This document shows positions 37,604 through 47,400 of a stretch of 64,000 bases of DNA, piece after piece. The stretch comes from Christensenellaceae bacterium (GTDB taxonomy: Bacteria; Bacillota; Clostridia; Christensenellales; CAG-138). A program made the position numbers and the translations under genes. Position 1 is the first letter of the stretch. Each line of letters begins with the position of its first letter. The stretch is from NCBI GenBank assembly GCA_963667795.1, contig OY764017.1, positions 645,236-709,235 of the forward strand, written 5' to 3'. The notes under the pieces are model-generated. The model had not been told where the DNA came from. It ran no database searches and was given only the letters and a program-made list of their open reading frames with translations.

Positions 37604-39073
37604 CTGACAGATTTACGCTTTTTTCTGCGGATAAGAACAAAAACAACCGCACCCGCCGCAAACAGGATACCGCCGCCGATCAGTAGCACGTCATCCCATT
37701 TATCGCTGTCCAACCCCAGCTTCACTTCCGGCGTATTGGTAACGACGAGCTCCAGCGGATCGTCGGCGGTGTCGGTGAGCTGCAGCGTGAAATCCTGCGC
37801 GGGAGCCGGGAAGAAGCCGCTGGGCGTGACGGACTCGACCAGACGGTATTTGCCCGCGGGCAGACCACAGACATACGCCTGTGCGTTACTGTTCATCGTG
37901 ATCGTCGTGATAGTTCCCGCATCGCTGTACCAATACACTCTGTCCAACAAAAAGAAGGTGAAAGGCGTCTCTGCCGAGTCGGGCACGATTTGAAACGCCG
38001 CACCGTTGAGCGGCTTTAACGTCTTCGCATGGATTTTACTGATTTCCAGAGTCAGGGGTAAGTCGTTAATTTCTACGTTTGTTATGGCAAGCGATGGATC
38101 GCCGTCTGTTGCCGCAATTGCCGTCATGCCGATTTCCACAAGCTGATCTTCGGCATATGCGAATCCCGGCAACGCGTAGCTCTCATGGATGGTCACCTTG
38201 CCGGCGATATATCGAACTGTTGCGGTGCCGTCTTCTGCTATGGTCAATTCATCTACCGAATTTTCCACATCGCCAGCCGGGCGATAGGTTCCATCCTCTT
38301 CGAGTACGAGACTGATAATCACACCGTCTTCGGCCAGTAATTGAAATCGGGTTCCCGGCAAAGCTGCTTGAGTAACAGCGTTAGTCTTCGAGATGACGAG
38401 AGACGCAGGAATGTTTTCGACCGTCAAAGTCAGTGGCGATTCAGTGGAGTGCGCCGACGTAATTTCAAACGCAATTCTTGCAAGCGGCGCGTAGCCGAAA
38501 AGCTGCTGCTCGTCCAACGTGTAGGAACCCTGTGGCAAATACTGAATCCTGATTTGGCCAGACGAATCCGCAATCAAACAATCGGTGTATTGTTCCACGC
38601 TTTCGTCATCGGTGACAGCTGAAGCGGGCCGATAAGTTCCATCCTGCATATATGCCAGCGAGACAGTCTCACCGTCCGAATCCTTGAGCGTGAATGTAAC
38701 TCCGGCGATTGCAGCGTCTGTATCTGCATTAATCTTGGTCAGAATCAATTCCGTAGGACAGTTTTCAACCGATATGACAGCAGGGTTTTCTTCCGTGTTG
38801 ATGCTGCCAATCGTCACAGCAACCGGATCGTGTATACCGTAACCGTCATAGGCCTGCTCTACGAGCTGATAGGTTCCCATCGGGATGTGCGAAATCAGCG
38901 CTTTGCCGTTTTCATTCGTTTGAAACGTATCGCTTCCAGTGGCCGTGACCTTGTATTGACCATCCTCCTGCAGTGTGAAGCGGAGCGCGGAGCCGGAACT
39001 ATCGAGCAGCTTGAAGCCGACGTTTTCGAGAGCATCGCCGCTGAACTTGTCCGTTTTCGTCAACGCTAGATAT
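37600..39073 (-). pseudogene. Surface adhesin with repeated SpaA/prealbumin-like fold domains, 5'-truncated by the IS3-family copy
   Basis: Repeats carry G(T/S/K)Y.L.E...GY/GF motifs (GTYQLVEQAYDGYG, GSYTLDEQQLFGYA, GKYRLVESVTPSGF). C-terminal TM plus RRKKRKSVR tail. The first 29 codons of track ORF 37600..39159 come from IS sequence. Confidence 0.75.
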
Positions 39074-39138
39074 GGGAGTGTGCTAAAATATCGGACAGCA
39101 TGGTAAGAGATTATAATAGGGATTAGGAGGACGAAACC

Positions 39139-39420
39139 ATGCTGAAACAACGAACCCAATACGATGATGAATTCAAGAAAAATGCGGTCAAACTAAGTTA
39201 TGCAAGTCCAAAGCCGGTACGAGCCGTCGCAGACGATCTGGGCATAGCAGTAAACCTGCTGTACAACTGGCGCAAGAAATATACGGCGTCAGGCGAAAAA
39301 ACGCCAATGGCCACAATGGAGGAAGAACTCAAGGCGCTCCGGCTGGAAAACGCAGAATTGAAAATGGAGCGCGACATGCTAAAAAAAGCAGCGGCCTACT
39401 TTGCGAAGCTCCAGAAGTGA
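39139..39420 (+). CDS. IS3-family transposase OrfA
   Basis: Identical to the OrfA at 9612-9893. A7G slippery run at 39381-39388. Confidence 0.9.
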   Translation: MLKQRTQYDDEFKKNAVKLSYASPKPVRAVADDLGIAVNLLYNWRKKYTASGEKTPMATMEEELKALRLENAELKMERDMLKKAAAYFAKLQK

Positions 39421-40295
39421 AATACAGATTTATCTTTGAACATCCCGAATACCCGAAAGCAAAGTGGGCCGCGCAAATGAAGGTGTCGCGAAGCGGGTAT
39501 TACCATTGGAAACGAACGCGGGCTCAGCGAGAGAAGCGCAAATGCGAGTATGCCGAACGGGTTCGACGCGTATTCATGGCGGGAGAATGGACATATGGCG
39601 CGAGTCGTATCTGCGGGAGACTCAGAACGGAAGGATTCTCTTGCAGTTTTTACAAGGTGCGCGATTCCATGGAGATGCAAGGGCTGCGCTCGATCCATCG
39701 CAAAAAGCGCCGGCGATCCCTGACAGACAGCCGGAAAGCGCGTGGCGATGGATATGCAAATCTGACGAGAAACCTTCGGATAGATGCACCTTTTCAGGTT
39801 CTCTCAAGCGATATCAGCTATATACGCACGGGGGAAGGATTCGACTATCTGTGCCAGATCAAAGACGTGAAGAGCGGGATTGTCCTGGCGGAGAGTATGT
39901 CTGAACACATGAAAGCAGAGCTGGTCGTGAAAACGATTCGGAAAGCGTTACAACGTTGGGATATTCCAACGGGATGTATTTTTCACAGTGATCGCGGGAG
40001 CCAGTACACATCGGAGAGCGTAATGAACTTGCTTACTAACGAAGGCCTTCGGCAAAGCTTTTCACGCGTAGGCATGCCGGGCGATAACAGCTGGAGTGAA
40101 AGCTTCTTTGCAAACCTGAAGAAGGAAGCGGTTCACTGGACCCATTTCCGGACGCGGGATGACGCCAAGCAAAAGTTATTTGCCTATATCGAAGGATTCT
40201 ACAATACCAGACGAGTGCAAAAACGTCTTGGGTACTTAAGTCCTATGCAATGGCTAATGTGCTGGAATCAAGGCATTCAAGAATCTGTTGCTTAG
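39417..40295 (+). CDS. IS3-family transposase OrfB
   Basis: Identical to the OrfB at 9890-10768. Confidence 0.9.
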   Translation: MKYRFIFEHPEYPKAKWAAQMKVSRSGYYHWKRTRAQREKRKCEYAERVRRVFMAGEWTYGASRICGRLRTEGFSCSFYKVRDSMEMQGLRSIHRKKRRRSLTDSRKARGDGYANLTRNLRIDAPFQVLSSDISYIRTGEGFDYLCQIKDVKSGIVLAESMSEHMKAELVVKTIRKALQRWDIPTGCIFHSDRGSQYTSESVMNLLTNEGLRQSFSRVGMPGDNSWSESFFANLKKEAVHWTHFRTRDDAKQKLFAYIEGFYNTRRVQKRLGYLSPMQWLMCWNQGIQESVA

Positions 40296-40324
40296 CATTC
40301 TGTCCGAAAAAGTGTTGCATTCCC

Positions 40325-40548
40325 GGCAAGCCAAAGGGGCTTATCAGGAATGTAACAGCCAGCATGATCAGTCCGTTCTTGGTATCGCCCGTTAGTAACA
40401 GCATCGACGTGAAAGCGCCCGACAGAAACGTAACGATCCCTATGACCCATGCGGCACATTGAATGCATATCTTACAGACCAAAACCATCAACCGTAAGGC
40501 AAAGATAACAGGAGCCAACAGGATTTTCAAGACGGTTTTCATCTGCAA
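40325..40548 (-). pseudogene. Small conjugative-element membrane protein, 3'-truncated by the IS
   Basis: MQMKTVLKILLAPVIFALRLMVLVCKICIQCAAWVIGIVTFLSGAFTSMLLLTGDTKNGLIMLAVTFLISPFGLPG, then read-through into the IS end. The same tail, MQHFFGQNAKQQILECLDSSTLAIA, appears at copy 1. Confidence 0.65.
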
Positions 40549-40606
40549 TCACCTCCGATGGTTTTATCATAGTAAGCCTGCTTTTTCACCGCAAGGATAT
40601 GGCAGC

Positions 40607-40945
40607 TTAAAGCGCCGCCAGCCGTTTGAGCATCTCGGATGCGAGCGTAAACAGCTGTTCGTGATTAGCCTTCAGCATATCAACATCTTTCGCGTAAATG
40701 CTGCCGCCCTGATTCGCGCGTTTCGCGAGTTGATTCAGGTTCGTTCCGTACTTTCTCAGCTGCACAATCAGCTCGCGAATCTCAGGAAGATCGAGCCGCA
40801 CCGAATATCCGTCGATCGCCATTTTGCGAAAGTACGCTTCCTGATTCCGTATGCCAAGCTGTTCCATCTTTTGTAAAATCAACTCCTGTTCACGCGCCGT
40901 GACGCGAAATAGCATTGCAATATTGCGTGTGCGTTTTTCTTTCAT
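40607..40945 (-). CDS. mobC: MobC-family relaxosome accessory protein
   Basis: MKEKRTRNIAMLFRVTAREQELILQKMEQLGIRNQEAYFRKMAIDGY...NLNQLAKRAN. ATG at 40943-40945 lies 7 nt after GGAGG and overlaps the upstream stop. Confidence 0.8.
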   Translation of the reverse strand: MKEKRTRNIAMLFRVTAREQELILQKMEQLGIRNQEAYFRKMAIDGYSVRLDLPEIRELIVQLRKYGTNLNQLAKRANQGGSIYAKDVDMLKANHEQLFTLASEMLKRLAAL

Positions 40946-41972
40946 CAACGTTCCTCCAATCCGGCGCAGCGGTTCCGCCCATACACAGGGATATGCTCCT
41001 GCATTTTTGAAAAAGCGCGGAGATTGTCCTTGATGGGCGGTTTTTCATCTTCGATATCGTCTTCCAACTCCTTTTCGGATGTTTTTTCTTGTGCGGAATC
41101 ATCCAGCACGCTATCGCTATCACCGCGCCCCTTGTCGATGTTCAGCAACACATCCAGTTCAGCAAGACGAACTGATTTTTCGCTGAGTTCCTGCTCCTGT
41201 GGAAACGGCTGCTTGACTTCTTTTTCGGCCGCCTGCCGTTGCTGTTCGAGGTCGGCGAGCGTTTGCTTGACGTTTTCCAACCGCTCCGGAATAGCGCGCA
41301 GCGTATTGTCGATCCTCTGGATATTGCCGAACAGATCGTCGCCGAGTTCCACAGTGTGCGAAAGCGTGCCTTTGAGCGTAAGACGAAACGATTTTAATAA
41401 TGCGTCGAAGGATAAAAAAAGATCGAAACCGCAATAGGCTCCGATCTGTTTTGATTCCGGGGAGGTCTGCGCTTTGCACGCCGCAAGCAGCGTCGCACCT
41501 GCGTCTTTCTTTTCGGCATAGGCAACCCCGCTTAGCTCAATTCCGGAGAATTCGTTGCCAGCGTGTACTGCGAATCGCTCTATGTCGGACAGATACCCAG
41601 TGATTCGATCCTGAGCACGCCTAATCTCCTGCGGGAAACGTTTGAGCAGCGCGTCCTCCAACGCGTATTTCTGCGTCAGGTAGTTGGCGCGCACGAGCTT
41701 GAGCTTGGCAACGTCAACTTCCAGATCCATCTTCTCTTTGATCCGCTCATCGCCGGTGGCCAGCGCTTTGACCTCGGCGTATGTCAGCGCTGTTTCGTCG
41801 ACGTCCTCACAGGAACGCACTGGACTTTTGCTGGTCATGATCTGGCCGATGAACTTCTGCTTGTTTTCCAGCGTCGCCCACATATACGCGTCGAAGGTTC
41901 CCTCAGTCACGTACCGGTAAATGTGCACGGCGGAACAGGTGTTGCCCTGCCGGATCGCGCGGCCTTCGCGCT
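40945..41972 (-). CDS. Polyvalent ArdC-like/methyltransferase/SNF2-helicase protein, exon 2
   Basis: Begins (C)AG CGC GAA GGC, giving QREGRAIRQGN (helicase motif VI), immediately after the intron 3' end. Exon 1 plus exon 2 totals 6588 nt, which is 2195 codons plus a stop, in frame. Confidence 0.8.
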
Positions 41973-44485
41973 GTAGGCTAAGTACCCACCGCCTTGCCAC
42001 ATTGCTGTGGTAGGTTTGCAAGCACTCGCCCCCGAACCGTACATACAACTCTCGCTGTATACGGCTCTCCACTAACATTATCAATCTAACTTACCATAGT
42101 GTATTTTTCGATGACACTCATGACAGACTGCAATAGTTTTTCGCCGCCGTGCTATCATAAGCCTTTCCCAATATTTCTTACCTTGCAAGTCTTTTAGCTT
42201 TCGAACATGGTGCATTTCTAATGGCACATTTTCTGCACCGCAGATTTCACACCTTTTGGCTTTAAGCCTGTCCAATAAACTGGTACCGCTAAGATATTTA
42301 AGGTCATTTGGGAGCGTATCACATCTAGCTGTTCTGGCTGTAGTTTTACGCTTGAAGCCTTCATTGTAGAACAAACGAACCCTTTCCTTGCCGTCTTTAC
42401 CTTTAAATCGAACGCCAAAATCTTTTCCGATACGGTATTTTTTAAGCAATTTCGGAATGTAGGTGCGGTATTTTGTGCAATAAGTTTTGTACATGCTGTA
42501 TCCCATCATGTATTTGAAGCTGTTAATTATTGAGCTGTTGTTGGCAATAGAGTAATAATTGTAGAACCCACGAATTTCAGAATTATACTTGTCTAAAATC
42601 TCAAGATCATCACTGTCCTTCATGCTGTACCGTGCTGTAGGTTTCCAGATTTCCTTTCCATCTACATACATCAATTTAATGGCTTTTAGTTCCAACAGTT
42701 TTTTGCGGATGGTTTGGCTAGTTACCTTTAACACAACTCGTCCTACATAGTCTCTCTTGAGTCGTCCCATGTTGTCACGTTTGCTGAGATTGGACTTTCG
42801 AACATGAATGTCATAACCAAGGAATTTTGCAGGCTTTTGAGCGTTTGTTATTAACGTTTTTTCGCCTGACAATTCAAGCAAAAGAGTCTCAGCCATAAAA
42901 CTCTTGATATCCTCCTTCGCCCGCTTGCAATCATATTTATTCCCAATGATGCCAACAAGAAAATCATCGGCATATCGAACATATTGAAGCCGCCGATAAT
43001 CCTCATCCATAGCAACGCCATATGGGACGTTGTTTCTGGTTTTTTCAATTTCCCTTATTTGCTCAACTATTTGCTCTTTTACAACCTCATCCACACAGGC
43101 ATTCAGCTTTTTAACCAAATTGCCACGCTGGACTTCAAGTTTACGGTATTCGGAATTCCTTTTTCGCTCCTTACCTTTATTGAACTTGTCCTTATACTTT
43201 TGCATAAATTTATCGAACTCGTCCAAATAGATGTTTGCTAGTATCGGGCTAATAATCCCACCTTGTGGTGTGCCGCTGTATGTTTTGTGGTACTGCCAAT
43301 CTTCCAAATATCCTGCATTCAGAAATTTACGTATAAGCCTTAGAAAACGATTATCAGAGATGCGTTTTTCAAGTATTCGAATCATAACATCATGATTGAT
43401 GTTATCAAAGAATCCTTTTATGTCGCCCTCGACAAACCACTTAACGCCAGTAAAATTGTTCTTTACCTGAATTAGTGCAGTATGACAACTTTTATTAGGT
43501 CGGAACCCATGTGAAGTGTTTTCAAATGAACCTTCATAAATTGCTTCTAAAATCATTCGAAGCACTTCCTGTACAAGTTTGTCGTTGAAAGATGGTATAC
43601 CCAGTGGTCTCTTCTTACCATTCTTTTTAGGGATATATACCCTTCTGGATGGCATAGGTTGGTAACTTTCGTTTTTTAATGCTTCAATCAGGGTTTCGAT
43701 ACGTTTCAGACTCATACCATCAATGGTCTGTTCATCTGAACCTTTCGTCATGTTCCCTTCATTTGCATAGATTTTTTGATAAGCTACCGCATACATTTCC
43801 CGATTAAAAAGAACCCTATACAACCGTTCGTAGTGATACGATAAGTCTTTACTATGGTTTGATAAACTTTTTAACACTTTTTCGGGATTTCTCAAGTGTC
43901 TCACACACCTTCCTAAAATTATGTTAATGAATATTAGCTGCTTCCCTTCGCCATGTACAAGGCTTTCCCTTGCTCGGACTACTACGGAAGCTCCGTTACC
44001 ATGCCGGATATTCAAGGGTCTACGCCCTATAGCCATTGCTGACGTTCCAGTTTAGGTAATCCCCGTTTAGCTGCATAACAACTTAGCACGATAGATTGTC
44101 GGATACGACTTCCGTCCTTTTATGCTTATTGCATATGTGCCGCAACTTGTCTCTGCCGTTTTACCTGAACAGCGGTAAAACGGTGTTGCAGTATGACGAT
44201 TTTAGCCATCTTACGTCATAGTCCCGACACAGACCACTCAGACTATCGTTCAACCAGTAAGGGTTTTATCCTCATATCTATCTTTTCATCTCCCCATTCA
44301 GTCGCAGCCTGATAGCTGGCTGACTCATGGCTTTACCGACGTGCTTTGTTCCCTGATGTTTGGTTTCCCTCACAGGTCAGTCGGTTGATGACAGGCACAC
44401 CGTTTTCTCCTCCTTTCTCGGTGTTTAGACACTTGCCTGCTACCTTGCTAAAGGTAGGTTTGTTATACGGCCTCTACGGGCGCAC
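41973..44485 (-). mobile_element. Group II intron (2513 nt) with LtrA-like intron-encoded protein
   Basis: 5' end GTGCGCCCG at 44485. Domain V GAGCCGTATACAGCGAGAGTTGTATGTACGGTTC at 42067-42034. 3' end ...GGTGGGTACTTAGCCTAC at 41973. Splicing it out restores ...WRPADLE-QREGRAIRQGN. Confidence 0.85.
42081..43895 (-). CDS. Group II intron reverse transcriptase/maturase/HNH endonuclease
   Basis: RT motif YVRYADDFLVG, a maturase domain, and C-terminal CEICG...HHVRKLKDL...CHECHRKIHYG. Start assigned to the TTG at 43893-43895, downstream of AGGAAGG, by analogy with the length of LtrA. The longer track ORF to 44036 is probably intron RNA. Confidence 0.8.
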   Translation of the reverse strand: MRNPEKVLKSLSNHSKDLSYHYERLYRVLFNREMYAVAYQKIYANEGNMTKGSDEQTIDGMSLKRIETLIEALKNESYQPMPSRRVYIPKKNGKKRPLGIPSFNDKLVQEVLRMILEAIYEGSFENTSHGFRPNKSCHTALIQVKNNFTGVKWFVEGDIKGFFDNINHDVMIRILEKRISDNRFLRLIRKFLNAGYLEDWQYHKTYSGTPQGGIISPILANIYLDEFDKFMQKYKDKFNKGKERKRNSEYRKLEVQRGNLVKKLNACVDEVVKEQIVEQIREIEKTRNNVPYGVAMDEDYRRLQYVRYADDFLVGIIGNKYDCKRAKEDIKSFMAETLLLELSGEKTLITNAQKPAKFLGYDIHVRKSNLSKRDNMGRLKRDYVGRVVLKVTSQTIRKKLLELKAIKLMYVDGKEIWKPTARYSMKDSDDLEILDKYNSEIRGFYNYYSIANNSSIINSFKYMMGYSMYKTYCTKYRTYIPKLLKKYRIGKDFGVRFKGKDGKERVRLFYNEGFKRKTTARTARCDTLPNDLKYLSGTSLLDRLKAKRCEICGAENVPLEMHHVRKLKDLQGKKYWERLMIARRRKTIAVCHECHRKIHYGKLD

Positions 44486-47400
44486 GTTCCAGATCGGCAG
44501 GTCGCCACGGAATATCCAGATGGTGCTCGGCGTACAGAAGCCGCTGCACGTTCGTTCCGCTACCCATCTTGGCCGTCGATCCGAGCAGGATGCGCACCTG
44601 CCCGGAGCGCACTTTTGCAAACAGCTCGGCCTTTTTCGTCTCGGTGTTCGCGTCATGGATAAATGCGATTTCCTCTGTCGGAACACCGAGCTCGATCAGC
44701 TTCTTTTTCAGATCGTCGTATACGCTGAATTCACGATCGCCCTTCGGCGTCGCCAGGTCGCAGAAGACAAGCTGCGTGAACCGCTCCGCCTGCGATTCGC
44801 TCCAGAGGCGGAATACATTGCCGAGGCACACGCCGACCTTGCCGTTCGGATCGTCCGGCAGCGCAGGATTCAGTAGCCGCTGATCGAGCGCGAGCTTTCG
44901 CCCGTCGTTCGTGATCGTCAGCATATTGTCCACGGAGGGGTCGATCATTTGATTTCGCACGTGCTCCGCACGCTTGGCCAGCCCCGCGACGAGCTCCCTT
45001 TGAATCTCGCTCGGTTCGAGTCGGATGTTGTGATACTCGACCTCCGGCACCGGAAGGCGAAGCATGTCCGCGGTCTTGATGTCCGCCACTTCCTTGAACA
45101 TGGCGATCAGTTCCGGTAAGTTGAAAAAACGCGCAAAGCGCGTCCTCGCCCGATAGCCCGTGCCTTCCGGTGCGAGCTCGATGCTCGTCACCGTTTCGCC
45201 GAACGTTGAAGCCCATGCGTCGAAATGCTGCAATCCGTTTCGGCGTAGCGTACCGTATTGCAGATAGCGCTGCATGGTGTATAGCTCTGTCATGGAATTG
45301 CTCACCGGCGTGCCGGTTGCGAACACCACGCCGCGCCCGCCCATGAGCTCGTCCATGTAGCGGCATTTCATGAACAGGTCGGCGGACTTCTGCGCCTCGG
45401 TCTGCGAGATGCCGGCGACGTTTCGCATCTTCGTAAAGACTGCGAGATTCTTAAAGCTGTGCGCCTCGTCGACGAACAGTCGATCCACGCCAAGTTCCTC
45501 AAAGGTGATCACGTCGTCCTTACGCTCGGTGCTGTTGAGCTTGTCCAGCTTGAGCTTAATCGATTTTCGCGCGCGCTCCATTTGCTTGATCGTGAAGCGT
45601 TCCGCCCGTGCGCTCTTGGCTTCGGAAATACCGTCGAGCACTTCGTCCAGCTGTTCCTGCAGATGTGCGCGCTGGCGTTCGAGGGACATCGGAATCTTCT
45701 CGAACTGCGAATGCCCGATGATGACCGCGTCATAATCGCCGGTTGCGATCCGGCTGCAGAATGTCCTGCGACGCGTCTTCTCAAAATCGCGACGGGTCGT
45801 AACTAGAATGTTGGAGGAAGGATAGAGTTGCAAAAACTCCGCCGCCCACTGCTCTGTGAGATGGTTCGGTACAACGAACAGCGATTTTTGGCAAAGGCCG
45901 AGCCGCTTTAGCTCCATTGCCGCGGCGGCCATTGCGAATGTTTTGCCTGCGCCGACGACGTGCGCCAGCAGCGCATTGCCGCCGTAGAGCATGCGTGCGA
46001 CGGAGTCCTCCTGATGTGGGCGCAACGTGATCTCCGGGTTCATGCCGACGAATCGGATATGGCTGCCGTCGTACTCGCGCGGGCGGGTGCTGTTGAAGCG
46101 CTCGTTGTATAGCGCCGTCAACTGCTCACGTCGCGCCGCGTCTTTCCAGATCCACTGCGTGAACACATCTTTGATAAGCTGTTGTTTTTGCTGTGCAAGA
46201 ACTGTCTCTTTTTTGTTCAGCACGCGTTGTTCCTTGCCTTCCGCATCGCGCACGGTATCGAAGATACGGACGTCGCGCAGGTTCAGCGTATCTTCCAGAA
46301 TCCTGTAGCCGCTTGCACGCGATGTGCCGTATGTTACGGTTGCCGGGACGCTGCCATAGTCGGAGGATTTGTTCGTCACCGTCCAGTTCGCGGTGTAGCC
46401 GGAAAACTGGACGTGCATTCGCGAACGCGCCCAGCCGCCGGTCTGGAACAGCTCGTACATGAATTCCTCAACGATCTCCGGCGGAACCCACGTAGAACCC
46501 AGCCGCACGTCGATCTCGCTGGCTGTCAGCTCGGCAGGCTGCGCCTTTTCAAGTGCGGCGATGTTGCTATCGACCTGGGAAAGCACGGACGCATCCACGC
46601 CATGACCGGACAACATTTCGCGAAGCTGGCGTACCTGCCGGAGCTTTTCGCGTACGTTGCCGGAAAGATACTCGTCCGCCGTTACCATCGGGAACTGAGC
46701 CGGATCGAAAAACGCCCATGCGATGTTTGCCGGGACAAGCTCACCGTAATCGCGAAAGATCACGCCGGTCAGGCCGGCGACGATCTGCTCCTCGCTCATA
46801 CCAGTCAGCTCGGCCATGTACGGAAGATCCACGCGCGCCTTTTCGCCCAGCGAAACCGCCAGCGCCTCGCTGGGCGTATCCACGTGCGTGATGTCGATCT
46901 GCTGCCGGATTGTGCGCTTGGTGAACATGTCGGCCTTGCCCGCAAGGTTGCCTTCCTCGTCCAACACCTCCAAGGAACAGAGCAGGCAATAGGACGAATC
47001 GTCCGAAAACGCCATGTTGTTGCCGCGGCTGTTGATCAGGCCGTATTTCTTTGCAAACGCATCATACAGCTCGTTCAGGCGTGCTTGCTCCGCGACAATC
47101 TCTGTGTCAGGATGCCCGTTCAGCTGAAGTTCGATCAATCGGTGGGTGCAATCCCGCAGCTCGATCATACCGCGAATGCGGCTGCCCGCCGTCACGGACG
47201 CATCCACTTTGCTCATGCGGCTGTTCTCGCGATAGTAGAGCTCGCCGTCGACGATCGTGAAGCTGAAATTTCGCACGTTTGGATCAGCCGGAATCGAGTC
47301 GCTGTCGGCTTCCTCCAGATCGTCTACCGGTGTGAATTCCGTAAGTTCTGCATGGAGGCCGGACAATGCGTCATGAAGCTGGTCGGCAAGCACCGCGCCA

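Larger units (their letters stand above)
39074..40324 (+). mobile_element. IS3-family insertion sequence, copy 2 (1251 bp), without a target duplication
   Basis: Same sequence as 9547-10797. The flanks are ..GATAT on the left and GGCAAG.. on the right, so there is no 3-bp repeat. The two flanks belong to different truncated genes. Confidence 0.9.

Noticed and set aside
43896-44036. The upstream 47 codons of the intron ORF (MAIGRRPLNIRHGNG...).
   Set aside because: This stretch lies in intron domains I-IV RNA. LtrA-like proteins begin near the ...RNPEKVLKSLSNHS segment, and a TTG with an upstream AGGAAGG fits that position.
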